From contig CDMY01000243.1 of NCBI GenBank assembly GCA_001179505.1, positions 605,444 through 669,443 of the forward strand: a DNA stretch of 64,000 bases, written 5' to 3'. Origin of the DNA: Vitrella brassicaformis CCMP3155 (taxonomy: Eukaryota > Protista > Chromerida). Below the pieces are notes generated by a model. The model worked only from the letters and a program-made list of their open reading frames with translations, made no database searches and was not told the DNA's origin. Made by a program: the position numbers and the translations under genes. Shown in pieces: positions 46,801-59,329 of the stretch. Every line of letters starts with the position of its first letter. Position 1 is the stretch's first letter.

Positions 46801-48493
46801 NNNNNNCACCATTTGGGGTTTGTGGCTGCGCACTCGCGCCCGTCCCCGCTGCGGCCAATCTACACGGCCACGGCCACCCCACCACTGATGGGACTGCAGC
46901 ACCAGCAGGCTCCCCGCACGACGTCCGCCGCACCACGGCCACGGCCACCTATCCACCCCTGCGGACCGGGGCCTGCCGTTATCGTTCGTGCTGGGCCGCT
47001 TAACGGCGGTCTTCAGCCGGGAGAGGGAGGGGTTCGTGTGCATGTGCATGATTCATCCAGCCAGCAGCCCACCAGCCACCACCACGAGGCTGCTCCAGCC
47101 ATGCCGCCCACTACAGAAGACGACCACCACGGGCAGGCCAGCAAGACAGAGGAGGGAGAGAGAGAGGAGAAGGCCAACACAGCCGCCCCCACGGCACCAG
47201 CAGCACCAGAGCTCCCCGAACTGAGTAGCCAGCACCAGCAGCAGAGTGGAGAGGGCGACGAGCCGGCCAGTAGAGAGGAGGAGACGGAGGCCGAGAATGT
47301 AGCATTTGCTGCCCCGTGTTTTGAGAGTGCCCCTCGCCCTGCCGAGGAGGCACACGATAGTGTGCAGGAGGAGGGCGTGTCTGCGCCCGACTGTGACCAG
47401 GACGACCACAGCAGGTATGTCAGGCCACACACAGAGAGTGCCACATCGTCCTGCACATCTCATTTGGTCTGCCCTGTCGCTCACTGTGTGGATTGCTCGT
47501 TTGGTCGCAGGGCGTCCATCTGTGTTGAGGAGAGGGAGCAGGACGAGGGCGTGTCTGCGCCCGGAGGCGCCGAGGACGACCATAGCAGGTATGCAATGCC
47601 AGGGGGAGTGACACATATCATTTACCCCATGGCGCACCGCATCTGTCATCTGTTTGTCTGCCTGTTGGCTGTTTCCCTTCATCCTCAGGTCGTTGATGAG
47701 TAATGTGATTAACGAAGCCGCCGACGCCCCACACCCCCCCGCGCCGCCAACACCAGCACCGCCCACAGCACCGCCGCCCATGGGCGCGGCTGAGTGGACC
47801 CTCGACGACAAGTACAAGAAGCCGAGCGGGGTTGCCAGCAACCGCGACGAAGTGACCTTCCCCGTCCTGCTCAATGGTTCTATGAGCCTGCCGGTCGTGC
47901 GGAAGGTCATCAAGTCGCCAGCGGATCTCGTGGAGCCCGCCTTCTTGTACTTGTTGTCGAAGGACCACCTCAAGGCGAGCAGCCCCCCCGCAGACACGCC
48001 TGCCGACACCGCCACCCTGGCCCAACAGAAGGGCGTCGTGCCCCCCTTCATCCAGCCGGCCATCATGGAGGCCTTCAGGGGCGAGTACCGGCGAGCCCAG
48101 GGGCTGTTGACGCTGGGGGGCCCGGTCTACTCCCTGTTTATCTGCAGTGGAGACGGCGAAGAGGAGCTGCCACAGCAGCAGCAGGTGCAGCGGGGGGAGG
48201 AGGAAGTGGTGGTGGTGCGCGACCTTCACAACGCCACCGACGGCCGTCTGCGTCCGCACGGCAGCTTCTTGGCGCTGCGCGTCCTGCGCTTCCCGCCGGG
48301 CGAGGCATCTGTCCTCGACCGGCTGGGAGCTGGCGCGAGTGCCGCCAGAGAGACTGCCGGGATACCGATGGCCAACGGCCGGCGCATCAGGGAGACGATG
48401 GTGCAGCAGCTGGGTGTGAGTGAGGAGGAGTGGGAGGTGGGCGCCGTGTTTTGCGTCATCGACCTCCTCATGAAAACGATGGCTATGCATAAG
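43810..48493 (+). CDS. Kinase-like family copy F: tandemly repeated N-terminal exon(s) plus intact N-lobe exons; C-lobe exon presumably in the 48571-48870 gap
   Basis: MATNTVRAGSPPFAKRKRVEM... occurs at 43810 and ~45243. Exons 46813-47414, 47511-47588 and 47689-48493 splice in frame (DHSR|ASI, DHSR|SLM, ends MAMHK|GTGAG). Gaps at 44741-45040 and 46507-46806 interrupt the model. Confidence 0.65.
44741..45040. other. Assembly gap (300 N)
   Basis: Run of N between near-duplicate blocks. Confidence 1.
46507..46806. other. Assembly gap (300 N)
   Basis: Run of N between near-duplicate blocks. Confidence 1.
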
Positions 48494-50016
48494 GTGAGAC
48501 ACGAAACAGACAGACAGACAGACAGATGGGGGGACTGACGGATGGATGGGTGAATTGTGTGTATGTATGTNNNNNNNNNNNNNNNNNNNNNNNNNNNNNN
48601 NNNNNNNNNNNNNNNNNNNNNNNNNNNNNNNNNNNNNNNNNNNNNNNNNNNNNNNNNNNNNNNNNNNNNNNNNNNNNNNNNNNNNNNNNNNNNNNNNNNN
48701 NNNNNNNNNNNNNNNNNNNNNNNNNNNNNNNNNNNNNNNNNNNNNNNNNNNNNNNNNNNNNNNNNNNNNNNNNNNNNNNNNNNNNNNNNNNNNNNNNNNN
48801 NNNNNNNNNNNNNNNNNNNNNNNNNNNNNNNNNNNNNNNNNNNNNNNNNNNNNNNNNNNNNNNNNNNNNNGCGGGCGGATGGCTGGAGGGCTGCGTGTTG
48901 CGTCAGTGTGTTGGGGGCTGGATGGCTCGTGTGTGTTCGTGCGGCGGTCTTGTTCGTGGAGAGATAGACGGCTCAGTGGGCGGTGGGCGGTGGGCGGTTG
49001 ATTCCATGACTGACTGACTCGTGCGATGACTTTTTCCAAGGACATACACACCACTACTCTCTCTGTGTGAAATGTGCAGGAGGATGGCCACGCGACACAC
49101 ACACTTAGCCAGCCACCTGTGCACTTTGCCTACTACTTGCTGCCCACTGAGGGCTCTGTTTGTTTGTCGACCTGACCTCTCGGCTGCACACTAACTGACA
49201 GACAGACAGACAGACAGACAGATAGACAGACAGCGGTTACTGGCTGGATGCACACACACGTCTTCACATCACACACATGGCATTACAGTACGCTCATCCA
49301 CACACACAGACGGCCCGCCGGCTTTTGGTTCCGTTGCGGCGGTTTCTGTCCGTTTATTCCCTTCCTCCGTCACTGAGTGAGTCAGCCGGGCGGGCGGCTC
49401 TTTCTTGTGGGTGGCTGAATGTGTGTGTGCAAGCACCTGGCTCCGTCTCACACGCATCGCTGCGTCGGCCCTCGTCCGCCGCCTACTGATCCCCCCCATC
49501 TGAGCTGTGGTGTGTTCGCTACGCTACGCAGACGCACTCACTCTTGCTGACACTCATCCATCCATCCATCCGTTTGTTCTTTGCGGCTTCTCTCCGTTGC
49601 GGCACATTTGCCAGCCGTCGCTGTGCTCCATTGCCTCCGCAGGCCGTGTGTGCGGCCGTCGTGTGCGTGTCGATGACCGGCGAGCTGAGAGGTCTGGTCT
49701 CCGCCGTCTGGCCGCCGTGTGGCCGTCGCCGCGCGGCAAAGGCGTGTAAGATTTGTGTGGCGCTGTCCGTTCGTTTTGTTAGGTCGGCTGGTGCCCTGCT
49801 GCACAGACAGACAGGCATCGATAGTGTTTCTGTACTGATTGGGGTGATGGATTTGCGTGCTGCGTTGCACTGCCCTGAGTGCCCCCTCTCTCTGTGGTCT
49901 CTCTATGTGTATGTGTGTTGTGCCAGTGTACATATCCAGTCGATATGGCTCTGTGTCTGTCTGTCTGTTATCTCTGTGTCTGTCGACACGCCTCAGTGAC
50001 AATGTGCTCAGCCATC
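47968..50016 (+). repeat. Left arm of large inverted repeat (partner 61177-64000, extends past window end)
   Basis: 47968-48570 is the reverse complement of ~63395-64000, and 48871-50016 is the reverse complement of 61177-62335. Inner ends are ...gtgctcagccatcc (50016) and ggatggctgagcac (61177). Confidence 0.9.
48571..48870. other. Assembly gap (300 N); the inverted partner implies ~1.05 kb of real sequence
   Basis: The corresponding interval in the right arm is ~62336-63395. Confidence 0.9.
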
Positions 50017-52248
50017 CGTTTTTACTTTTTCAGACACCATCTGCCGTGTCTTTGGACACTCCCATCTGCCTCAACTGTGAGTGCCCAGCACCAAGACGCG
50101 GCCACAAGCAAGCGAACGAGTGGCCCGTCTCGCCTGTATGTGTGTGTGTTTGCAAATTGCGTGTGTGTTGACGTGTGTGTTGTGGATATTGTGGGAGAAT
50201 TGACTGCCCATCTTTGCACATGTGAGTTAGTTCTGTTTGTTCTGTTTGTCTTTCTGTGACGCCAACTCACATCGTCTCACCAAACCCACACACACAGCGC
50301 GATTGCAACATCTCTACTTGTAGAGCAATATTGCCGCCGAAGGATCAAGCACACAGCATGCACCCCTACCCCCACCCCCACCCCACCTCTTTCTTTCCGT
50401 CCCGTCTGTCACCATCCCTATGACGCCCTCACGCCTCTGCCGTTGACGAAATCTTGTGGCTGACACAAGAGAGGCGATAGCAGATGGGTTGCTTCTTGTT
50501 CCATGCCGTGGGCGGCACGGTGTGCTGCTGGAGCGCCTCGACGAGGAGCAGCAGCCCCCCTTGCAGGCGATATGGAAGTCGGGCTTGCTGCCCTTCTTCC
50601 ACCCACACAGTTCTCTGTATCGGGATTGAGCGCATCTGATCCACACCGGGTTGGCGCGTTCAAGTTGAGCCGCTTTCGCTGGCGGTCGCTCTGCTCACAC
50701 CTCCCTCCCTTCCTCACGGCCTTCCCACGCTGAAGCTCATCTCATCAGCCTGGAGAAACAGGAGAAGACGACCGTGTGTCAATCGATTGGGATCAGTGAC
50801 AAACACCTACCGACCTCCTGTAGAATCAGCGTCAGCATGCCTGTGGTAAGCAAAGCACAACGATGAGCCATGACACTGAGCTGCGTCGATGGACACAAAC
50901 ACAAACAAGACAACCACGCCCCCGCTGCACTGCAAAAACCACCTGCAACAGCCACCCCAGACCATCCAGACACGCAGAGCAGCATATGGTCATTGATCCT
51001 TGCCCCCCTCGCCCTTATTTGCCTTCCCTCACCTCATCAGAGCCCCTCCAGCCACCCTCGCCGCCCCAGCAGGCTCCAACGAGGCCGCGGCAGCTCGCAG
51101 TGGCGATCAGAAGTGCCCATTTACGGCACAAAGGCCGGACTTCGTTAGAAGGTCGCCCCAAGCCCCCCACTGACCCCCACAGGCGAGAAAGGCAGCGCCC
51201 GAGTAAGGAAATCGATCGGTCGTTCCGGGGGGCCGCAGTTGAGCACGATTTCACTTCATGTCACCGTAGTCGACCGCAAGAACCTCCCCATAGCTTCCAA
51301 AATGCCAAAATCGCCCAACTCAGCAACAAAGCTCGCTGGCTAAGCTCGCAGTGCTGCGTTGAGACTTTCTCCTCTCCGTTCGACGTGTACAGGCACCATG
51401 AAGGACAGACAACACTGCAGAGTGCGAAGCAAATTGCCATTGACCATTCCGATGGCTCTCTGCTGGAGAGCCCCACCACGGCCTTTGCCTCTCTGCAGAG
51501 GGTGTTCCCTGCAGCCTTATGGTCTCTAGGGCTGCTGTCTGCAGCCTACTGAGGCGCACTTTCAGACGAGGTACGGACTGACGAGCATTGGGAGTGATGT
51601 GTGTGGCGTGACTAGGAGGGAAACACTGACACACTCTCCTCTCTCCGCTGCGCCGTATGGCTGCAGGTTCCTCGCTCAGGGTGCGCCCCCGCTGCTGCAG
51701 ACGGGCGCCCTCGACCACCTGAGCCTACGGCCTCCAAATTTGGCCATTTGAGGTGGTCTTTTCGGCGGCACGGCCAAGGCCACAGGGCCCTGCCGGAAAA
51801 GAGCCTCAAAAACACAACTGAATCTTCTGTAGGCCTTGCAGAGCGAGTGTAGAGGCCACTACGGTCAGACTGGCTGCCTCCGAAGCCCGCACTAGCTGAG
51901 CTGCCCTCTGCAGCGCCGTTCCCCATGTGTTTGATCCCTCGATGGAACGTTGCTGCTTTCCGCAGTGATTGTGTCCTTCACCATGTTGTGTGCTGCAGGC
52001 GAAGGCCTCGCGCGATTTGACAATGGTCTCTTTGGTGGAGGGAAAGGAGGATCGCGAAACCTCAGCTAAGCTCGCAGACGCCCCTCTCCCAAAAGATCTT
52101 CCCTCTTCTCTCTTTCTCTGTCCTCTGGTGCAGTCGACTGGTTACCCTGTGGACCACCTGAGCTGCCTCTGTCCTTGCTCGTCCCCCGTCCTCTTGCCGC
52201 CTCACCGTCGCTGTCTTCATCCCTCTCCCGCGGGGAGCGGTCTCCGTC

Positions 52249-55200
52249 ATGGACCCCTCCCCTTCCTCCTCCTCCTCCTCCTCCCCTCCCGATCCCCCTC
52301 CCCCTCCCCCTGGTCCGTTCTGGGCGCAAGTCACGGACGGCGCCACGTTCGCCGTAGATGGCATCGAAAGCGAGCCACAGGAGGTCAAGGACATCGTGGA
52401 GTACTTAGGGCGGCACACCGAAGGGCGCGTCGGCACCTTGCTCGGCTTCACGGCCACCGAGAGCAACTTCGGCGACTGGAGTGGGGTAGTCAACGGGCGG
52501 CAGCACAATGCCACTGTCGCCCTGACGGCAGACACACCCCCCGAGCTGCTGCAGCAGAGCGTGACCCTCTTCGACAACATGAAGACGTACCAGGTGGCGG
52601 TGCGATCCAGTGCGGTGGAGCACATCTCGGGCCTCAAGACCGATTTCGGGAGAGAGAGAAAGGGGGTGCCGCTCAAGGTTGGGCCTCTCCTATCGCCGGA
52701 GCAATTGAGGGCCCTCCCCCGTGTGAGGAGCACCCTTCCGGACCACATCAAGGCTTCAGGAGACAGCTTGGGCCTGCCTAGGCCCGCCGACACCAAGGAC
52801 ATGGATTTCATGATCATCAATATCGAGCCCAGCAAGACTGTCTTCAGCTTCATGGACGAGGACTTCTCCAACGAGCTCGCAGGGCTGCCTACCGGCTTCC
52901 CGGTGTTCTTTCGGACGGAAATGAGAGGGTAAGTAGAGAACAAAACAGAAGACAGGATCGAACACACCCACGAGCGCACCGAATGTATGTATGTCTGTCT
53001 GTCTGTCTATCTGTCTGTCTGTCTGTCTGCCCACATGCAGGGTGTCAGATGTGTTCCAGGTCTCAGCTGCGGAGTCGCGGTACGGACCAAAAGCAGCGGG
53101 GCTCTGCGCGCTGGCGTCGGCGCGTGTGTTGCAGAAGGAACTGGAGGCCGGCAAGTCATCTGGTGCGCTCAAACCATACAAATGGGACGGGCTACACATC
53201 GACAGACATTCAGCACGGACCCGAATGCGTGTGTTTTCTTGTGTGTATTTGGTCTCAGCTCGGGCCTTATCTGGTGCGTTCATACCACCACGACCAGAGG
53301 GAGCCCCACCACCACGATCAGACAAAGCCTCAGCTCGGTCGTGCCGACCACCCGCACGCTCACACTCCCGCTCCCCGTTCATCCCCGCCCCAAGCGCCGC
53401 CCCCACAAGCCACAGCGAGAGCAGCCGCTCCGCACACACAGCAGCAGCAGGTATGTGCGCCACTGATGCCCACACAAACAACAGACATACATTCATTCAC
53501 ACACTCATCGGCTCATTTTGGCTCTTGTGTTTGTGTGCTGCTGTCTGTCAGTTCCGTCGGCTGGATCTACCTTCAAAGTACCACCACCACCAGCCAGACC
53601 CCCACCCGCCCCACCAGCCGGGCACCCCCCACCACCAACACCACCACACCCACAACGCCCGCTCCCACGGCTCGCACCCCTCCCCCAGTCCATCCCCGCG
53701 CCCCCACAAGCGCCGCCCCCACAAGCCACAGCGAGAGCAGCCGCTCCGCACACACAGCAGCAGCAGGTATGTGCGCCACTGATGCCCACACACACAACAT
53801 ACATACAAACATACATTCACACACACATCGGCTCATTTTGGCTCTTGTGTCTGTGTGCTGCTGTCTGTCAGGTCCGTCGGTTGGATCTCCCTCTCCCTCT
53901 CCCTCTCCCTCTCCCTCTCCCTCTCAGCCACCACCTCCTCTCCTCAGTCCCACCATCTCGGCCATGTTCTACTACCTCACCTACGGCATTGCCAAAGAGC
54001 GCACCCTGCACCTTCTGCTGACGGATGATTTCTGCAAGGAGATCAAGCAGGAGCTCCAGTACATCAAGACCCATGCGATGGAGTCTCACAGGGCCGGGCC
54101 AGACCACAGGCCCGGGCTGGACGCTGCGCCAGACCACAGGCTCAAGGTCCTTGATCGCGGTGAGCAAAGGGATGGATGGAGGGATGAGGGTGCCACGGCG
54201 TGAGGCGATTTGTGACTGTGATTTCTCTTTGCAGTGCTCAGCGGCGGGCCTGGCTACGCGTGTGCCTCCAATCCGACGCTGTGCGAGTACCTGTGCCACA
54301 TCAACGAGGTCCTCCCGATGACGAACAGTGTGGCGAGAGAGTGGAGCGACACCCCCCTCCTGCCTGCTGCTGCTGCGTGGGGGCATCACGGGCGCAAAGG
54401 TGCTGAAGCAGCTCATGAAGCTGGATCTGATCAAGGTGCTGCATGCGCTGCTCATGCGCATCAAGATGAAGTGCGGCACCAACGACATCACGCAGGAGCA
54501 GACCAGCGCGCTGGTGGACTCTATCGCCTACAAGGCGCTGGACGAGTATGTGTCGTCGGATCGGCCGCAACGTAAGATGGGTGCACACACATCACACACA
54601 CACACACACACACACACAGATCGGCTTATTCCTGCTCTGTTTGCTATCAGTTGGCGGTATGATGCGGCGCGAGGTGCAGGAAGCCCCCAATGCCAGGCAG
54701 GACAACACCGATGACCAGCCCATGGCCGCCGCCACTGGTCTCGCCGGCGTCAAGCGCAGCCACGACACCATGACGAGCTCGGCCGCCCCGTCAGCTGACG
54801 TGGGCATGTCGGCTATGGCCGACAGTGCCCCCGTGGCGCCCGTGGGTTCGAGCGGTGCCCTCCTGTCAGGTGAGACAACACACACATGACATGCACATGA
54901 CGACCACAGCGTACCATTCTATTTTTATTTCTTTTCTGTCTGCTGTCAGGTCCTTCAAGTGCTGCGTCTGGCCCTCTCCCTCTCTCCCACCCGCTCCCAT
55001 CCCCCCGTCTCTGCCGCACACACAGGCGGCCGCCACGGCCACCACCACCATGACAGCCCCGCCGCCCCGCCCCCGTCCCCCCGTCAGCATCAAGGTGCGA
55101 GTGGCCGAGATGAAGATTGGACTGGAACTCCCTGCCGGCGTGACCTTCACGTTGCCGGGAGGGAAGCCGGAAGGGATGCCGGGAGGGATGCCGGGAGGGA

Positions 55201-56097
55201 CGGCCGAGCGGGGGGACCAGAACGGCCTCATGCAGGTCGGGCAGCAGGGCGTTTCCCTGCACTCCCACAGGACCACGCACGGCTGCCACGCCAAGGCCCG
55301 GCAGGATCTGCTGGCAGAGAAGGGCATCATGGCCGAGATGCAAGACACCACAGGTGACGGCGATACCACACCTACACCCACCCACCCACCCCCCTCCCCC
55401 ACACCACACATCCACCGATCGATCCTTCCACAGAGACTCACTTGTCTGTTGTGTGTTGTGCAGCATTCTTGCAGTTTGTTTGCAAGGATCTCGACATGGA
55501 CGTCACCCTCGCCAACCCCACGCCCCACGGCCCAGGCGGCACCGAGGACGAGGGCACGCTGCGCGTGTCCAGGATCGACACCAACACCAACACCCTTTTC
55601 GTCATTGGCGACGTCGAGCACCAGCTCGACTCCACCCTCGACGCCTACGAGCTGCCGTTGGGCTTTGGTCTGGGTCGCGCCCTCAAGGAGGCGGCAGCGG
55701 CCGACCCACAGAGGAAGGGCCGGTGCGTGTGGTGCATGTGTCGGCGGACGTCGAGGACAAGAAAGGCCTGCTCAGGTCCGAGGGCTATTACGACATCATG
55801 AGCATTGGCGGCGAGTGGTACGGGCGCACATGCTGGGCCTTCTCGGACGGCAGGAGGGTGCTCGAGAAGGTGTCGAAGAGCAACAGGCAGGGAGTGCTCA
55901 GGGTCAGGCCCCTCAGGCTGATTCCCGTCCAGCAGCCGACTCCCGACGGGCAGCCGTGCGCCCCAGCACCCCCCTCCATCCACCAGCCTGCCAGCAGCAG
56001 CAGGGAGGAGGGACGAGAGGGCGAGGAGGAGGAGGACGATGACAACTCGGGCGGGAAATTCTCAGAGGGTGAGGAGGATGAGGATGAGGATCTCTGA
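52249..56097 (+). pseudogene. Large multi-exon lineage-specific expanded-family protein with Pro-rich linkers and acidic tail; at least two apparent frameshifts
   Basis: Exons PFWAQVTDGATFAV...FPVFFRTEMR, VSAAESRYG..., AMFYYLTYGIAKERT..., VLSGGPGYACASNPTLCEYL..., PVSIKVRVAEM..., AFLQFVCKDLDMDVTL... and ...GEEDEDEDL*. Frame changes occur near 54370 and 55700. Confidence 0.6.
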
Positions 56098-59000
56098 GCA
56101 TGGTCAAGGAGGGGGAGGGAGGGAGGGCGGGCGGGCGGCTGCTGGTGCTGTGGTCGGCGGGCCGTCTTGAGTCGGTGAAGCTCTCTGTTGCCGTCCTGTG
56201 CCTGCTGTTGGGTAGGTATGTACCCGGCTGGATGTCCGTGTGTGTGTGTGTATGGCGTCGCACATATGGGGGTGTGGTCTTGGTGGTGGGTTGCTTGCTG
56301 TGCCTGCCTGCCTGAGTCAAGGGCTGACCAGTAGCTTGATGGATGGATGGATGGGTGGGTGGTTCATCCATCAGACCAGACAGACACCATCTGGAGCGTG
56401 CCTGACAGATAGTCATAAAGACCATGATGGCCTACTCACGCTCCCACCCACCCACACACTCTCTCTCTCTCTCTTTGCCTGTTTCCTAGAAGGGCTGTTT
56501 GCCGCATCATGCCGCATCATGGCGAACGGGTGAATGGACGGACGCTGTTTCGCGCTTGGTGTAGGGGCCGTACCATGCGCTTGGTCGCGTTGTGTGCATT
56601 TGTGCTTTGGCGCTTTTCTCTCTGCTAGCCCCCTTTCTCCCGATCTGTTTGTCTGACTGTCTGCCTGTCTGCCTGTCTGACTGCCTGCCTGCCTCATTCA
56701 CTCATTCACTCACTCACTCATTGCTGTAGCTGGGGGTATGGCCGCCGACGATGTCGCTTGCATGGTGCTCACATGGCCAGGCGCCCCACACAAAGCCGTT
56801 CGGTGTGCGTGGCGCATGGTGAATGTGGCTGCTCATAGGCCATCCCCATGTGTGTATCATGCCTGCGGCCCTCCCTCCCTACGTGTCTGCCAGTCGGTCG
56901 ACACCCAGTGGACATGGTGTGTTGTGTGCTGATTGACCACTCACTTACCGCGGAGCTATGCTGCGGGGCGATGGGTGCGATGGGAGGGCAGCCACGGGGG
57001 GCTGTGCGTGGAGGTTAGTGATGGAGGGGTCAGCGAGGCTGGTGGGTGGGTGGGTGGGTGAGCGGGGTTTGCTGTCCGGGCGGCTCAGTGGTGGGTCGGT
57101 GCGATCGGCCTGGTGTGTGTGTCACGGTGTGCGCGTGAGAGAGAGAGAGAGTGACACTAAGGGCTGCTGCTTTTCTAAACGTTTAAGTGTTTCTTACCTA
57201 CAGTATGCGAGCAGAGAGCGACACACGACCGACCCGACCCGACCCGACGTGGACCTGCCGGGTGTATCGTGTGTGCGTGGGTGCAAGTGTGTGTGTGTGT
57301 GGCCAGGCCAGTGTTGCTCGCCCTGTGTTTTGGTGGTGCCGCCTTTTCGCATTTGTGCAGTTGCCTGCTGATCGTTCCCTCCCCTCCCCAGCTCAGCTTG
57401 TCGATCTATCAGCTCTAAGACTTATGCCCTTTATCCATTCTCCTTTTGCCTTTCCTCTGTTTGCCCATTTCATGATCGAAACGGTCAAGTCGCTCTGTGC
57501 GTGTATGCCTGCCTGCCTGCCTGCCTCGCTCACTCATTCACTCACTCACTCACTGACTCATTCACTGGGTATCATGCCTGCGGCTCTCTCTGCTTGTCTG
57601 ATCTCCTTCTGGTGGCCGGTCATGGTGTCTGGTTGGTCGACAGTCTTGGTCAAGGAGACGAAGGGAGGGAGGGGTGTGTGTCGTGTGGTGTCGGTGAGGC
57701 TCTCTGCCGTCGTGTGCCGACTGATTGGGGGCGAGGGACGAAGGATGGATGTGCGTATCTGCCTGGCTGCCCGTGTGTCTGTGTGTGGCTGTATGGCCGT
57801 TCACGTGGCGCCACACATGTGGGGTCTCGTTTTCGTGGTGTGGATCGGCTGGGCGTTCTGCGCCTCTGCCTGCGTCTGCCTGACTCAAGGGGGATCAAGG
57901 ATGGATGGATGGATGGATGGTATGACAGCCACGTGCCCGACCGATAGCTATACAGACCATGATTGCTCACTCACCAAATGCCTGTTTGCTTGTAGGTACT
58001 GAGTGGCTGGGATGGGAGGGAGGGGAGAGGCAGGCTGCAGAAGGGCTGCTTGTTGCGTCATCGCGGTGCGTCATGGCGGATGGAGTGCACACACATTCAC
58101 AGAGCGCTGTATGTGCAATGGATGGATCGGCAGACGGACGGACGGGTGCTGTGTGGGCGGATCGATGCGGTTTTCTGTTTGCTGCCGTGTGCCTGTCGCC
58201 GTGGAAACGGCATAGAGGGGCACCTGTGACGCGACAGCAGGGACATCAACGGCTGCTGTGTTGTGTGCCTGATGCCCTTGGTGCGGGTTTTGGATGCGGC
58301 CCCCTCTCCCCCTGAGTCTTGCCCGTATGCCTGCCTGGTGCCATAGGCCGTCAGACTCATACACACAGACATGAGTGTCCATCCGCCTCGATCGACGGTC
58401 CATCCTGTCTCTTTCTTTTGCCTTTGTCCTCCTGTCTGCCTGTTGGTGCCCTTCATGTCATGGCAGCCTGACGTCGTCTTTTGCGGCCTTTTTCCTATTG
58501 CCTTTGTGTGTGTACTCCCACAGAAGCACATCATTTGTGTCTTTTGTTGATGGGACCGGGGCGTTAACTAACGCACATGTGCCCATACGTATGCATCTAT
58601 ATTTGTCGGCACGCTCTATACGAGTACACCACCCCATGCCCTTTGCGCACATGCCCGTGCCCGTGTTTGTCTTGTTTCTTTTTCTGTATAGGGTCGCTGC
58701 TGTGCCGGCGGTCGGTCGACCGTCTTCTTCCTCTGTCTGTCTGTGTGTGTGGTGGGTGAGCAAGAGCACCTGACGCACACACAACACACACACACACACA
58801 CTCATATGGGAGACAACAGAGGAGTGCCGTCTGTGTGGGCGTTTTGCCATGAGCGTGTGGGCGCTGGTGGCATGCAGATGGACGGGCCGTGGGGCCACAC
58901 ACACAAAGGGCCCCTGCTCCGCTGTTTTGGCGTTTTGTGTACTGAAGGGGACGGCTGATTTGACGGGATGGGGCGGGAGAGGTCGGTACGGTGCCTGTGC

Positions 59001-59329
59001 GGAGGGCAACGGGTTCATATCTGCTGGCTGGGAGGGCTGTGGCCGAGCAGTCCGTCTACTGTACGTGTGGATTGCGACCGACCGATGCGCCCACAGTCAT
59101 GGGTCATGGTGTTTGCATGGGTCCACCCGTCGGGACTGCATATCTCTCTACCTGTACAAGTAGCACTGACTCTCACCCAAGGAAGTGGGAGGGAATTTGC
59201 GTTTTGCCCGACCGACCGCCCGCCGCATTGCCTTTTTATGCAATCCAGGCCGACAGCAGCCATAACTTTGCGCTGTGATTTGATCTCCTTCATTGGCCAT
59301 CACTTGCTCCGATTGCCTGCCTGCATTCC

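Noticed and set aside
9522-47510. Near-identical introns at 9522-9617, 17591-17690, 46397-46495 and 47415-47510 as introner elements
   Set aside because: The flanking exons are also homologous, so these are paralogous introns rather than independent insertions.
11964-49102. Long ORFs containing X runs
   Set aside because: These are artefacts of translating through N gaps.
50017-52200. ORFs in the left part of the inverted-repeat core as a retroelement or transposase relic
   Set aside because: No RT, integrase, DDE or tyrosine-recombinase motifs were seen.
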